From the NCBI GenBank assembly GCA_951406725.2, contig OX597823.1:62062001-62126000 (forward strand): a stretch of 64,000 nucleotides of DNA, in the 5' to 3' direction. This stretch comes from Octopus vulgaris. Lineage: Eukaryota. A model generated the notes under the pieces. That model did not search any database and was not told where the DNA came from. It saw only the letters and a list, made by a program, of their open reading frames with translations. Each line of letters starts with the position of its first letter. Within the stretch, counting starts at the first letter, position 1. The translations under genes were made by a program, and so were the position numbers. This document shows, piece by piece, positions 26,340 through 39,868 of the stretch.

Positions 26340-27300
26340 TTTGTTGCATGAACTGCAACCTGGTTATGCTGCATCTTAGTGTATCCCCTGCCATCATGAT
26401 AATGCACATTGAAACTAAATGTTTCAACAGGCATGAGTGTGTGGTTAAGATTCTTGCTTTGCAACCACCTGATTTTGAGTTCAGTCTCATTGTGCAGCAC
26501 CTTGGGCAAGTGTCTTCTATTATAGCCCCAGTCTGACCAATATCTTGTGGGTGAATTTGGTAGACAGAAACTGTGAGGAAACCCATCATATATGTGTGTC
26601 TTTGTTCTGTGTTTATTCACCACCATCACCACTTGACAACCAGTGTTGGCATGTTTACATCCCTTCAACTTAGTGGTTTGGTAAAAGAGTCAAATAGAGT
26701 AAGTACTAGATTGTAAAAAGAAAAAGATAAATAAATACTGGGATCGATTTGTTCAACTAAAACCCTTCTAGGCAACACTCTTGCATGGCTGCAGTCCAAC
26801 AATTGAAAGAAGTAAAAATAAAAGATATACGAAAATGCCTTCAGTACTGAGCCTTGGGGTTCACCATATATTACAATCAATAGTTCTTAGCACACTTCGT
26901 TAACCTACTTAAATGCAATCTATTAATCAGAACTAAGTCGCTCTAAGAAAGCTTTCTTTCCTTTTTTCTTTTCTTTTTATACACTTATTATACAAGATAT
27001 GTAAGAGAATCACATAATCAATTGTATGAAATTCAGTAGATAGATCCAACGGGCAGGCGGTACAAATATGGATCATCAATTGTCATGGCTGTTCTTATAA
27101 TCATTGATGAACAACAACTTGTGTAATGACTTGTTCTCTAATTGCCTCACAGAATGCAAACTGACTTCATTGAGAAGTCGACCTACAAGTTTCTCAACTG
27201 ATTTGCCTTGGATGAAACATGTAATTGGATGGAATTCATTAAAGTTTCCATTACAATATTTTCATTTCTCATAATAGAACTTGTGCTGTAGAGCATGGAC
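26340..27300 (-). mobile_element. Ancient L2/CR1-like LINE RT fossil interrupted by a SINE at ~26428-26830
   Basis: Minus-strand motifs in RT order: EFHPIT...GKSVEKLV (~27180-27250), LDLSTEFHTIDYVILLHIL (~26995-27050), GEPQGSVL (~26843-26866), MAGDT (~26380-26395). Confidence 0.6.
26428..26830 (+). mobile_element. Dominant-family SINE
   Basis: Same head, body and tail as 17958-18362. Confidence 0.8.
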
Positions 27301-29658
27301 AGTAAGGTTACAATCTGTTTTAACAAAAGAACAAGACATTGATAGAAGAGATAAGTTTTGATTATATGTCAAGAAGTGACGTAAAGGGTGATTTGAAATT
27401 TGATAGTACGAGGATTTTACTCAATAATTCTTCGACATTCTTCTAAAGATCTTTAGTGCCATAAATCACCAATGTTGATTTGATAACTCTCAAAAATCGA
27501 ACTATTGAAATAATTGGTATTATTTTATTTTGTTTTACATTTTCATTTATATATTTTATTTATTTGTTCAGTTATTCGTTTCAGCAGTAGAAAGAGTTGT
27601 TAAATCCATTGTCTGGCATGGATGCATTATGAAAAGTTGGCAGATGAAGACAATTTCTTCTAATGCATTTTTTCATTTCTTTTATTTTTCTTTCCCTTTT
27701 TGACAATTTTTCAAATTTCATTTTAAAGCGATTGTTTTCCTATATTACACTTAATGGCCGACATTAAACATCATAATAAATAAATTAATAAATAAATAAC
27801 ATGAACTTTCTACTGAAGAAAGGTATTTTGATCTGCCATGACTTTACATAAATTCTCATATTGCTAGAATTACTTCTGAAAGACTAGTTTCAATACTTTC
27901 TGTTTCCCAAATATATTTTTTATGTAATTAGTTATTTTGTTTTCTGTTCTATATTCAAACTCAGTCAAAAGAGCACGTTTCTGTTGTTGTTGCATCGCAG
28001 GCATGTCTTGGTCAAACAAGCCTATGATTAAAGATGTTCCAGGAATGACCACCATTTTTCAGATCTAATGTATCTTAGATCACATTATTCAATGTGTCTT
28101 TTCTTTTTTTTTTTTTTTAAAGTGGTGAGGTATGTTTTGAGAGAGATTTGGCTATTTTTCAACCACATAAAGAGTCCGTCATATCATCATCACATCATTT
28201 AATGTCCAGTTTCCATGCTAGCATATATGTTTATGTGTGTCCAGCTTTGTGTTTGTTCCCACTACCACTTGACAACTGGTGTTGGTTTGTTTACCTCCCT
28301 ATAATTTTACGATTCAGCAAGGAAACTAACAAAATATGTACCAGACTTCAAAATAAGTAATGGGGTCAATTTTTTTGACTAAACCCTCCAAGGCAGTACA
28401 TCAACATGGCTGTTGTCCAATGAGTGAAACAAGTAAAAGATGAAAGATATATATTGTAATTGGTGCTTGAGGATTTAAGGTTTTGGTACCTGAGCTTCTG
28501 AATCTAATGATAAGGAATAAGAAACAATGAGAGAAATTATTTAGGCTTACTGATGTCTAACATGCAAAAACCATTATCCATGTTTATTTTTTTTTTTTTA
28601 CTGTTATTCTAATTTTTCATTCTCTTTTCTCTAGTCTAACATCTGATCTCAATGGGTCTGCCATGCACTGTATCACTCTTTCACCTTCTCATCTGTAAGG
28701 TTTTTGAATGCTACTTCCTGACCCCCCTCATCACCTCCTGTCCCCTTTGCCCACAATACTTTTATCGATTGATGTTCGACATCCGTTCTCATCACAAATT
28801 TTCTGTGTGTAGTCACATCTCCTACACACATCATATGATATCTGTAATGCTTTATCTATTCTCTCAGCTTACCATTTTTTTTTTTATTTTGTAATTTTGC
28901 TTTTCATTCAACTTGCCTGATAGGAATCGAGTGGATCATACTTATCCTATCTCTTCCTATTCCAGATATACACATACACACTACAGTACACTATCACTCA
29001 CACCTTTTATACTCACACCTACATACAGTCTTTTTTTCCACCCCCACCACATAGTAAAATGTAACTGTTGTTGCATGATGCAACAGCTCCCTGTACTTCT
29101 TCTTCTTTACTAGAGCTACTGTATTTTCAATACAGCTACTTCTTGCACTAATTAGATTTCCTATTTAAAAGAAAAAGAGATATTTAGAAAAACAAAAACA
29201 AAAAAAAAAGCAAGAAATATTTTGTACTATTTGCAGTGATCCATATCAGTGAGAAGTATCTTGATGTTATTGGGAGTTATTTTTTCATCTGAATACAATT
29301 GTAAGACCAATATCAATTATGTTAACAGCTTTGTAACTGGATGTTTTTATGACTTATTAATGTTATGGGGATAATTGACTTAACTTTTCTGGAACCTTTC
29401 TTTTTCTCCTCTTTTTTTTTTTTATATTGTTCGTGTGTATATATAAATATATGTATCTTTGTGAAAACCCAAAATGGATGAAAAGAATATTGCAAATGCC
29501 CACTCTGTGTATCCTGCTGTTTAACAAAGCTGATAACGTGTTATATTCAAAATACTTTGAACATGCGATATTTTTCAAAATAAGCTATATATATTGCTGA
29601 CTTAATGGAGTTTTATTTTAGTTTATTAAATTTTTTCCTCTTTGTTTTTCACCTTCAG

Positions 29659-29805
29659 ATCAAACAAGGATTGGTTGTAATACATGATGGAAGAAATCGT
29701 GTTATTACAGCCAGGTTGAAACTCACAGAGGGGTTACTGTCAGTTCAGAAGGAAGAAATTGTATGTACGTCAGCTAATAGCCAAGAGAACAAAATACTTA
29801 ATCAG
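29659..29805 (+). CDS. SNTG1: Gamma-syntrophin-like, internal coding exon (N-terminal split-PH segment), phase 0-0
   Basis: Acceptor tttcaccttcag and donor CAG|gtaag; 147 nt = IKQGLVVIHDGRNRVITARLKLTEGLLSVQKEEIVCTSANSQENKILNQ. Resembles the recalled gamma-1-syntrophin N-terminus (TKTGICLLQDG...VRLHLAKDILMIQEQDVIC) and splices in frame to the PDZ exon. Symbol is approximate (likely co-orthologous to SNTG1/SNTG2). Confidence 0.88.
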
Positions 29806-30738
29806 GTAAGAACTTTCTGTTGCATCAACAAAGTAGCTTCTACTTGGTCGTTCAAATTGCTAGAAATAGCAGTCAGATTCCCTCAAGTTACACTATACCA
29901 TCTTTAAAAAAGGAGGAAAGACATATTTGTTCATGTCCTTGAAAAAAAAATACTAATCTCACCTATGTAGGTGTAGCTGGGTGAATAAGGTATTCTCTTG
30001 TATTCTCAAGGTTTTAAATTCTATCTCAATGCATGGAAAGTTAAGCAAGTGTCTGTGTAGTGTTAGATCAACAAATACCTTGTGAGTAGAATTAATAAAC
30101 AGAAACTGTATAGAAGCCTGTCAGATTTATGCTATCCTGGGTGGGGGGCTCTCTTTTGCTTTACAAACTACATGGTGACTAGTGCTGATGTGACAGAAAA
30201 ACCTCCTGTACACAATTTTAAAAAGGGCTACTAATAATTTTACGCTGTAGAGATACAGATGCAATAATTTGGCAGATTTCTATAACATACCATGTGTCTC
30301 CAAGCAATCTTTCAGGCTCCATGCATACTGTTAGACCTGTTTGAAAACCATGACACTAGTCTGTGATAAAACATGAGAAAAATAACTGGAAGAAAAGTGA
30401 AATGACAGTTAATGCAAAAAGTGAAACAAGAAGAAAGAAAAATTAAGGAAAAAAACCAAAATCTTTATCCTCTTTGTCTGTAGAAATCTAAGTTAATCTA
30501 GCCAAGAGGAGGTGAAAGTAGTGAGATAGCTACTCAATTCAGAGGTCTGATGGTATACAGTGAGCCTGAAAGAGTGCATGAAGATACATGGCATGTTATA
30601 GAAATTTGCCAGATTATTGTATTTCTACAGTATGAAACTATTAGTAACACATTTTTAAAATTGTGTCTATTAAATGATGTTTATCTTTCACTGGATAGAG
30701 TACTTATTTGTTGATCCTGTCAATAACAGAATGGTAAA

Positions 30739-31077
30739 TCATCATCATCATCGTTTAGCATCCGCTTTCCATGCTAGCATGGGTTGGACGATTTTGACTG
30801 AGGGCTAGCGAACCAGATGGCTGCACCAGGCTCCAATCTTGATCTGGCAGATTTTCTACAGCTGGATGCCCTTCCTAATGCCAATCACTCCAAGTGTGTA
30901 GTGGATGCTTTTTACATGAAACTGGCACGAGGGGCCAGTCAGGCGGTACTGGCAACGACCTCGCTCGAATCTTTTTATACATGCCACCAGCACAGGTGCC
31001 AGTAAGGTGATGCTGGTAACGAACACGCTCGAATAGTGCCTTTTACATGCCACCGGCATGGAAGCCAGTTAGCCGCT
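30739..31077 (-). mobile_element. RTE-type 3' end fragment with (ATG)n tail, CpG-retaining (relatively young)
   Basis: ATCATCATCATCGTTTAGCATCCGCTTTCCATGCTAGCATGGGTTGG, homologous to 17822 and 60340. Confidence 0.7.
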
Positions 31078-33989
31078 ATATGTGAGTGTGTGTTTGTGTA
31101 TGTGTGTGCATAAGAGAGATGTTAATAGTTAATTGTGTGGCTAGCATCAGGAAATACATTCAAATATAAAATTCCAAATGAGGTTTTATCCCAGGATTTT
31201 CTGGTGCTTAGTTTATTGACCATGGAATAATGAAAGGTAAAGTTAAGTGTGGTAGAATGTTAACTCAAAACATGAAGATCCAGAAAAAACGGGGAAAGGC
31301 ATTTTGTCAGATGCTGTCAGATTCTTCCAGTCCAAAGCACATAATCTCTCACACATGCCTAATACTGCACATATGCCTACATAACACTTTAGTTTGGGAA
31401 GATGGTGAAATGTTGTTTAACCCTTTAGCATTCAGATTATTCTGCCAAATGTAAAGCTTATTTATTCACATTGTTTTGAATTAATCATGGCTTATCTCGT
31501 AGCTTTGAGATTTTGATGATTTGATTGTTTACTTTTAGAATTACATTGTAAAGTAAGTGTAAGAGGCCGGATCTGGCCAGTTTGAAAATAAAATATGTAA
31601 GATATTTATGCCAGATATGATTGGTTTAAATACTAAAAAGAAACTACAGAATGAGGATGGCTTGTTTCTTTTCTTTCATTTTGTTGTGTGGATACCCCCA
31701 GATGATGAAGTAAGCTAGCCCAATACGTAGATATAGAGGGAGAAGTCTAGATGTCAAGGAGTTGAGTAGAGGTCATCCAAACGTGCGATATAACAGTGAC
31801 AACAAGGTTTTTGGAGCTCACACAGCCACTGTGTTGTATTGCGATATAACACATTTACTGCTTTAAATAGTTGCATTGTTTCTAAGCTAAGGTACTGCTT
31901 TCAAGGTACTACTGTGTTGTTAATTGTATAAACCTCAGTGCTAGTACTTTTTAGATTTGTTAGAAGTATGAAAAGTAAAGGTCACTTCTAACTATTCCTT
32001 TGTAAAATAAAATAAGAACTGTAATCGGACAAGCAGACTCAGGTATATGGTGTTATGTGCCTTGTCTACAAGTGCATCACATTGCTTATAACAAGGTTAG
32101 AAGTCATGCTCTTGTAGTCAGAAATTTGATTCAGAAATACCATATTTTCCAGAATACAAATTGATGTTGTATATAGGGTAAACAAGTACTGTAAATATTC
32201 AAACATTGTCTATTTTTCCAAATCCTGTTGCATTTCACATGGAATTTTTGGACCTCCTTCATGTATAAGTTGGCCCACCTTATTTATTGTAAATTTTGGT
32301 CTGAAAAATTTAACTTGTATGACAGAAAATACTATAGTAATGTTTTGTTCCTAGCTGAACCTTAAACTTTATCATGCTTATAGAACTAATGTCAGCTTAT
32401 TAAAAAAAAAACCCTTTGATGTATCATAAATAATCTCTGATAAACAACTACTACTGGGATTTCATATTCAGAGATGTAATCTCCCACTTATGCATACATG
32501 CCTGTAGACTCAGATCAAAACACATGAATGCATGCACGAACACATTATATGATCACTTGCCAACATAAATATACATCACACAACATGATCAAACACACAT
32601 AGATACTTTCATGTGCATGTGTGTAAGCACACACATGCACACACACATACACACACCGGATCATCCAATAAATGTTATTTCCATATGCAGATTTAAAATG
32701 ACAAAAATGTCACCGTTTTTATAATAATTTTTTCTGATTTATACTACGAAGGACAACCTGGAATATTCAGGAACTGCTCAATGTCACATTTTAAGACAAA
32801 CATCTACAGGCAAAAGTGAAAGCTGTTGCTTCACAACCTTGTGGTTTTCGGTTCAGTTCCGTTTCACAGCACTTTGGATTATTGTTTTCTTCTTCTACTG
32901 GAGCTTCAAGCCATCTAATGTCTTGTGAGTGAATTTGGTAGATGAAAGCTGCATGGAAACTCATAGTATGTGTGTGTGTGTGTGTGTGTGTTTTATATTG
33001 CTGTATCACACCTCATGTAATAGTGTAATAGTCCAGCAAAACTGAAACTGATAGAGTGAGCACCAGACTTAAAATAAGTACTGGAATAGGTTTGATTGAC
33101 TAAAAACCTTTCAAGATGATGCTGTCAGAATAGTTGCTGAGATATGACTGAAATATGTAGGACATAAACTGATAGCTCGTTTTTTTTATTTGGGTTTTTT
33201 TTTTATATATTTTCCTAGTTTAACTACTGAAGGCCAGTGGAAGCAAAAAAAAAAAACTAGTAGTTTTCAGTTAAACCCCTGTTTGTTCTCAGTTCAACTT
33301 TCACTCTTATTTCTTTGCTTTTAGTCTATCCAAGGTTAATAAAATAAGTCCCAATCAGAGTATTTTGGCTGGTATAATAAACTAAAAATAAAATAAAATG
33401 AAAAAAAAAAAAACAACTCAAACACTAGTAAAAGAATGAAAGAATAAAGCATGTTCTTCTCTCATGGAAATAGTTATGTAAGGATTCGATCCCCATCCAC
33501 TAGGCCATAGCCATCAGAGCCAAAAATGAGAGCTAATAGTCTACAAGGTATTTTCAACCACTCTGGTCACATAATTTCACGCAATGACTCAACACCAGCA
33601 GCTTATGTTGAATGTAGTAAAACTATTCAAGTCTTAATATGCATAGAGAGGCAAGCCCTAACATGCTAATTAATCCATAGCTGGGATCTTGACTCCTAGC
33701 TGAGATCTACTACTCTGGGTCAGAGAAGACCTGAGAATAGTTGTGGCTAAGAGGTGGTTTAACACTCCTCAAAACCCTGCAGCTTTCAAACCAGGGTCTC
33801 AATATTGGATGCAGTTTACTGTCATACTCAAGACAGTCATAACCCAACAGCAATATCTATCTATAAGACATAAGGAACAAACTGAACAGTGGAATACATG
33901 TCCAATCCATTCTGCTGCATTACAAATGATTAACCACAGCATTCTGGAACATATAGTATGGTACTCAGCTAAGCAAAAGCATGGTACAC

Positions 33990-34190
33990 CTTGATTTATA
34001 GATTTGTGAGTAACACCTAGTTGTTTTGGGTGACTTCTTGAGTGTGATAGGTCTGTGAACAGAGCTTCCTCGATGTTACACTGGTGTATTTGGGTGAGTG
34101 TCTGAATCTTGGTTGTTACAATCATGTTTCAGTTGTTGTCCCTTCTGGCTTTTTTCAGGTGCTTTTTGCATTCACTGGTATTCTTAGAAT
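33990..34190 (-). mobile_element. Possible Penelope-like ORF C-terminal remnant
   Basis: TTKIQTLTQIHQCNIEEALFT resembles the recalled PLE tail motif (KIL...KRKIKEALFI). Confidence 0.35.
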
Positions 34191-34204
34191 TTGGAATTGA
34201 ACCC

Positions 34205-34592
34205 TTTTATCTCTTTATTTTTTAACTTGTTTCAGTCATTAAACTGTATCCATGCTGGGGCACTACCTTGAAGGGTCTTTAGTCGAATGGATAACCCCAG
34301 TACTTATGTTATTTTTAAGCCAGTCACTTATTCTCTTTTGCCAAACTGTTGAGTTACAGGAATGTAAACACACCAACACTAGTTGTCAAGCAGTGGTGGG
34401 GGACAGACAGACAGACACACACACATATCTATGATGGGCTTCTTTCAGTTTCCATCTACCAAATCCACTCACAAGGCTTTGGTCAGCCCAAGGCTATATT
34501 GGAAGACACTTGCCAAAATTGCCATGGCTTCGCACTGAACTTGCAACCATGTGGTTCAGAGGCAAACTTTTTACCACACAACCATACTTGCA
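34205..34592 (-). mobile_element. Dominant-family SINE (antisense)
   Basis: Reverse-complement match to 17958-18362. Confidence 0.8.
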
Positions 34593-34722
34593 CTCATTGT
34601 TAAATCTGCAAAGGCAGATTGTTCTCATTTCACTGTCTTTACCAGGAATATTCTCATTGGTTATTTTACTACTTGTGATGTTGTTAGTTCATTACACTTC
34701 ATCCAGAATAGACAGACATACA

Positions 34723-35709
34723 TCTCTATATATATAAAACTGAGAATGTCTGTCTGTCTGTGTGTTTCCCTAAAACTTGAACTACACAACCAATTTCATT
34801 CAAATTTTACACATGCCTTACTTGGGGTCCGGGGAGTGTATTTAATATTTTTAACTTCTTGCCTAGAGCGAGCTCATAGCAATATCATATCTTCTCCACT
34901 ATTTCAGTATTACGAGTTAAAAGTGAAACAAAAACATTTCTTTATTTTATGTCAGATACTTTTACTTTAACAATAAAAATAATAATAACAATTGAATTAT
35001 ATGTAGTAAGTAATAATTAAAATCAAACTAAAGTATAATATAATCGTAACATAACAAAAGTAAAAATAGCAATTGGTATAAAATTGCATCAATGACTTGA
35101 GCTTGAATAAGTGGTTTCACATGAATGGGAATAAATTAAAAATAAAATTAGCGTGCAGAAATGGAATAGTCCAGATGGATAATTAAAAATTAAATTAAAG
35201 AAAAGACTATTGTCTATAAAGTATACAATGTAGAGAAAAAAGAAGATTTGAACACCTGGAGGAAAGCACCATCGAAAAGTGTCTTGGTGCGACTATGAAA
35301 GATATCTAACCAGAGGCGGTAAATTCGCCACAATAGAAGCAAGGTTCGAGTCAACGGAGCGTGCAAGAGAGTACTCGACTCGAACTTGCAAAGTGGAAAT
35401 ATTTTATTTTTACCTTTATATCTGGGACGTAGGACGTACCGGATAAAAATTTAAAATGCCCCCCTCCCCCCCAGAAGTTGAAGTAGGCTGAATTGTAGCC
35501 ACACTTCTATACAAGAGGGAGGACATGATACAATTGATCGAAATATTTTGAGTATTGTTATCACTAGCGATATCAAGATATAACTTTGTATTTTGTATTT
35601 TATGTGTAGATGTATATATATAGATGTACATGTAATATGTACACATATATATACACATATATACATGCACTAGCACTATGACCCGGCAACGACGGGTCTT
35701 TAATGCTAG
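34723..35709 (+). mobile_element. Non-autonomous Helitron
   Basis: Inserted between A and T; 5' TCTCTATATATATAAAA; subterminal hairpin GACCCG-gcaacga-CGGGTC (35680-35698); 3' CTAG. Confidence 0.85.
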
Positions 35710-37847
35710 TATATATATATAGCTGAACTTACACAGGAATTAAATTCCTGTCCACTGGTTAATCTGTTACAGTTTAACATTTGATGCTTATATTCACTCT
35801 TGCATTGTCTCTTATGACAAGTAGATAATTAAAGTTTGAGACTTTAAACCTAACTTTAAGAAATTTGGACAGCTCTCTTAGAATTACACAACCCCCACCA
35901 CAAAGGACATTTCATGTACACTCTCTAAAAGATGGAAAAAAAAAACAATTAGAGCTCAGTGTTAGTCTATGATGAGAATACGTACAGTTCCTCTGATACT
36001 CACTTTCATTACTCTCATAAGTACAGATATGGCCACATTAAGAAGTTTACTTCATAACCACTTTCACTTAGATCCACTCCCTCTTAGGCCAGTGCCTTCT
36101 ATTACAGCATAGAGGCCATTATTTTCTTTTGTGTGTGTGTTGTCATTTCTACTTTTCACACAAGATCATCTAAGTAAAACAGGTGTTGTCATGTTTACAT
36201 TGCTATTGAACATATCCTGTAGCTCTTCACTCTCAAAGTATTGGAATAAAAAAAAATCTCTTTGTAAAACAGGTAAGGGCTGACAACAAGAACATTCAAC
36301 TATATAAAAAAAAAACCCTGCCTCAAGTAAGCACCCATCCAACTTAAGCTGGAATAAAAAAAAAACAAAAAACATGTACAGATGAACAAATAAACAAACA
36401 ATACATGACCGAATTGTAGGAAATATAACATGGGATAATGGTGATTAATTGAGTCTTTGGGCCATTCCATTAGCAGTCATAGAACATCTTTAAATGTACT
36501 TGATAACAGATCATTATGGATGTTAACAGAGCATTCAGCTGTTGGATGCTTTGTTGCTAAGTCCTGTCAGACTGTTAATGACCAGAGACCTTTTGTACCA
36601 TCTTTGGTAGGTTCACTACATACAGAAGCTCTGAAATGCCTCATGTGGTTGTTGTAGTCCCAAAGCAATACATACCTTATGTATTCCTTTGTTACTGTGA
36701 TGTTAATGAAGCTTTCAGTTTGATCAATAAATGACAATAGTCATCATCATTATCATAAAATCTTATTAACAAGTAGCAAGATATGACAACACGCCCTCCT
36801 CTGCATATAGCCTTTAGATAATGAACACTTGACAGTATTATGTAAACCAACTTTACTTAAGAGATGCTTTTATATATATCATACACACACACACACATGT
36901 ATGTATGTATGTATGGTAAGCTGGGGTTTACTTTTACCTCAACTCCAAATAAAAAGTATATAAATTCTACTTGATGTATATTGAGTACAGTATATGTTTG
37001 AGTATGCTTTCCTTTTCATTTACATGCACATAAACATACACACACTCACACATCTAGGCACACACACACATCTATGCTCACACACACCCATCTCTACACA
37101 GACCTACACACACAAATGCTTGTTTAATAGGTTTATGTATTTGATGCATTAAACATTCACTTATTGAAGGACTCAAAATAATATTTAATATTAATAGTGA
37201 CTGTTAACATTGAAGTTACTCTATTAATAATGAAAAGCCATTATGTGCTTCAAATATTATAAATTATTATTGGCACGTCTCTAAAAGTTATAGATGGGTC
37301 AAGTTGACTGAATTGTGACAAGTAGGTGTCTTGTATTTATTTGATTGATTTGAACTCGGAAAATAAACATGCTGTTGTTATTGTTTAACCTTAAGTCAGC
37401 CTTGATGTTAAAACCATTCCAGTCATGACCATCTTGTCTTTGATTCAGACTACATAATCCAAATTGGTCCTTTTTTTTTCTTTTAGGTAATAGGGTGTGA
37501 TTTGAGGGATGTTTGGTTAGTTTTTCTTGCCAGTCAGGTAATCCTATAGAGGCTGTCTCAGTGGCTCAATAAACTGATATAATTAAATGATGCAAGGCAT
37601 TCAAATCAGTACGTCACTCTTTCTACTTTCAGTATTCATTTCTTTATAAATAGCTTTCTTTTAGGAGACACACTTCTTCAAGACTGCAATTTTTCTTGAT
37701 CATTGCAGTTTTAGCATTGGAAACAACCAGATTAAGCACATTACAGCATCATGCGTTTGTGGCTATCTAGCAAAAACAGTTCATAGATAATCTATTTTTA
37801 ACAGACACACTTGCACTAGATTTTGACAGCATTTACTAGGCTGTATA

Positions 37848-37888
<41 letters not shown>

Positions 37889-37889
<1 letters not shown>

Positions 37890-38191
37890 TAGCAGTATCG
37901 CCCGACGTTGCTCGAGTTTGTAAGGGAAATAACTATATAAGCATTTTTAGAGAGTTACTTTCCTTATATAATAGCAAAAAAATGCATTAAAAATGGAAAA
38001 AAAATGATGGTATTTTTTTTTTTAAATCGTAGACTCATTGTAGACGCACGCTAATACCCAGAAGGGCTCGATATGAATCATGACTATAAGATATCCGCTT
38101 TTGGTTAAACTGCACCGCAAAATGTGGGAGTAGTTAGGAATCTAAATCATAGGAGACAGACACCACACAACTTTTCTTTTATATATATAGA
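37889..38191 (-). mobile_element. Non-autonomous Helitron inserted in a (TA)n tract
   Basis: Minus strand starts TCTATATATATAAAAG and ends CTAG-T, with a degenerate subterminal hairpin (plus strand CCCGACGTTGCTCGAG). Confidence 0.8.
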
Positions 38192-39432
38192 TATATATAT
38201 ATCACCCATCTATCTAGAAGCCGTTGTTGCTTTAGTTTGTGGTGATAAAGTGATTAATTACTGCTGGAGTGTTTTACAAAAGTATAACTTATCCAATGTC
38301 ATTAAGATGTTCTTAAATCAAGTGAAGTATAATTCTGAACAAGAAAATCATCTTAAGTGTGTAATACATGTTTCACTTTGCTCAGTTGTCATAATCTTGC
38401 ATGTCTCTTGCTAATTAAACTAATAACTATTCTGTTCAGCTTACTATTTATACGTATCTAATATCCCATTCTTAATATGTTTCTGATAGGATCTATCAGT
38501 GGAAAGTAACTCTGATGTATTTTAATCAATTTACTGATGTGTTGATACTATAAATTGTGCATACATTTGGCAACAGTTCCAGAATAGAGGTTAACCTTTG
38601 ATAAGCTAAGACTACTATATGATTTCAATTCACAAGTGAAGCTATTTAACTTGTTTTCGAAATGTTCTTGAGAAAGGCATCAGCTGCATGCAATCTTATT
38701 TCTCATTTGTCTATATATCTAAGACAATATTTCTATGCAAGAAGTCAATATTTTGTTAGTGTCCCTTAATGCCATAATTTGATGTAAACATCACAAAACA
38801 TCATTTCTCATTCCTTTCACAATTTGGTCCATGTGATCAATAAATTAAGTGTCCTTTTAGCTCCAAACTTCAATACATGAACACTCATACCTTATTTTCT
38901 TCCCTTATTATCTTACAATGTCTTTAGGGTTATTATTCTGAGACAGATCACCATAATTGTTATCGTTATTGCTGTGACTTTCCTGGCAGCATTGCAAAAG
39001 CAATTAAATTACTTTTATTTGATGAAAGAGCAGAAAATTTCTATTGCCAAATTCATCTCTAGTTATTATATTTTCTCATTGATTAGTTCATGCAGTATTA
39101 TCATATGATATGCTATATCTATTTTTGGTATTATGGATTTTCAATAGATCTTAATTGTTCTGCAGTTTGGATTAAATGGAAACAAATAGATTCAATCTCA
39201 GCTTGTAATAATAGACTGAAACTGTTTTATACTTATTGTACACTACCAGAAAATGCCAAATGCCATAATAAAAGGATCCTGATGAATAGAATATGTGGCC
39301 TGAATTTTAATCCTGGCTGTAGCTCACCTCATTTTTCTTACAATGATATATCTATGAATGGCATGAATGCTTCACAATCTCAGTTTTCTTTCACCTATTA
39401 ATCCAAGTCCATGACATTAGGGTACAGGAAAT

Positions 39433-39607
39433 AGGAGTGGCTGTGTGGTAAGTAGCTTGCTTACAAACCACATGGTTCCAGGTTCAGTCCCACTGCATGG
39501 CACTTTGGGCAAACGCTTTCTACTATAGCCTTGGGCCGACCAATGCCTTGTGAGAGGATTTGGTAGATGGAAACTGAAAGAAGCCCGTCGTATATATGTA
39601 TATATAT

Positions 39608-39673
<66 letters not shown>

Positions 39674-39868
39674 CTGTGTTTGTCCCCCCAACATCACTTG
39701 ACAACCGATGCTAGTGTGTTTATGTCCCCGTAACTTAGTGGTTCGGCAAAAGAGACCGATAGAATAAGTACTAGGCTTACAAAAGAATAAGTCCTGGCAT
39801 CGATTTGTTCAGCTAAAGGCGGTGCTTCAGCATGGCCACAGTCAAATGACCAAAACAAGTAAAAGAGT
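39433..39868 (+). mobile_element. Dominant-family SINE, near full length
   Basis: Closely similar to 17958-18362, with A/B boxes and internal (TA)n(TG)n. Confidence 0.9.

Noticed and set aside
29605-29907. 100-aa ORF taken as a standalone gene
   Set aside because: Only 29659-29805 is exon; the rest is intronic read-through bounded by clear splice sites.
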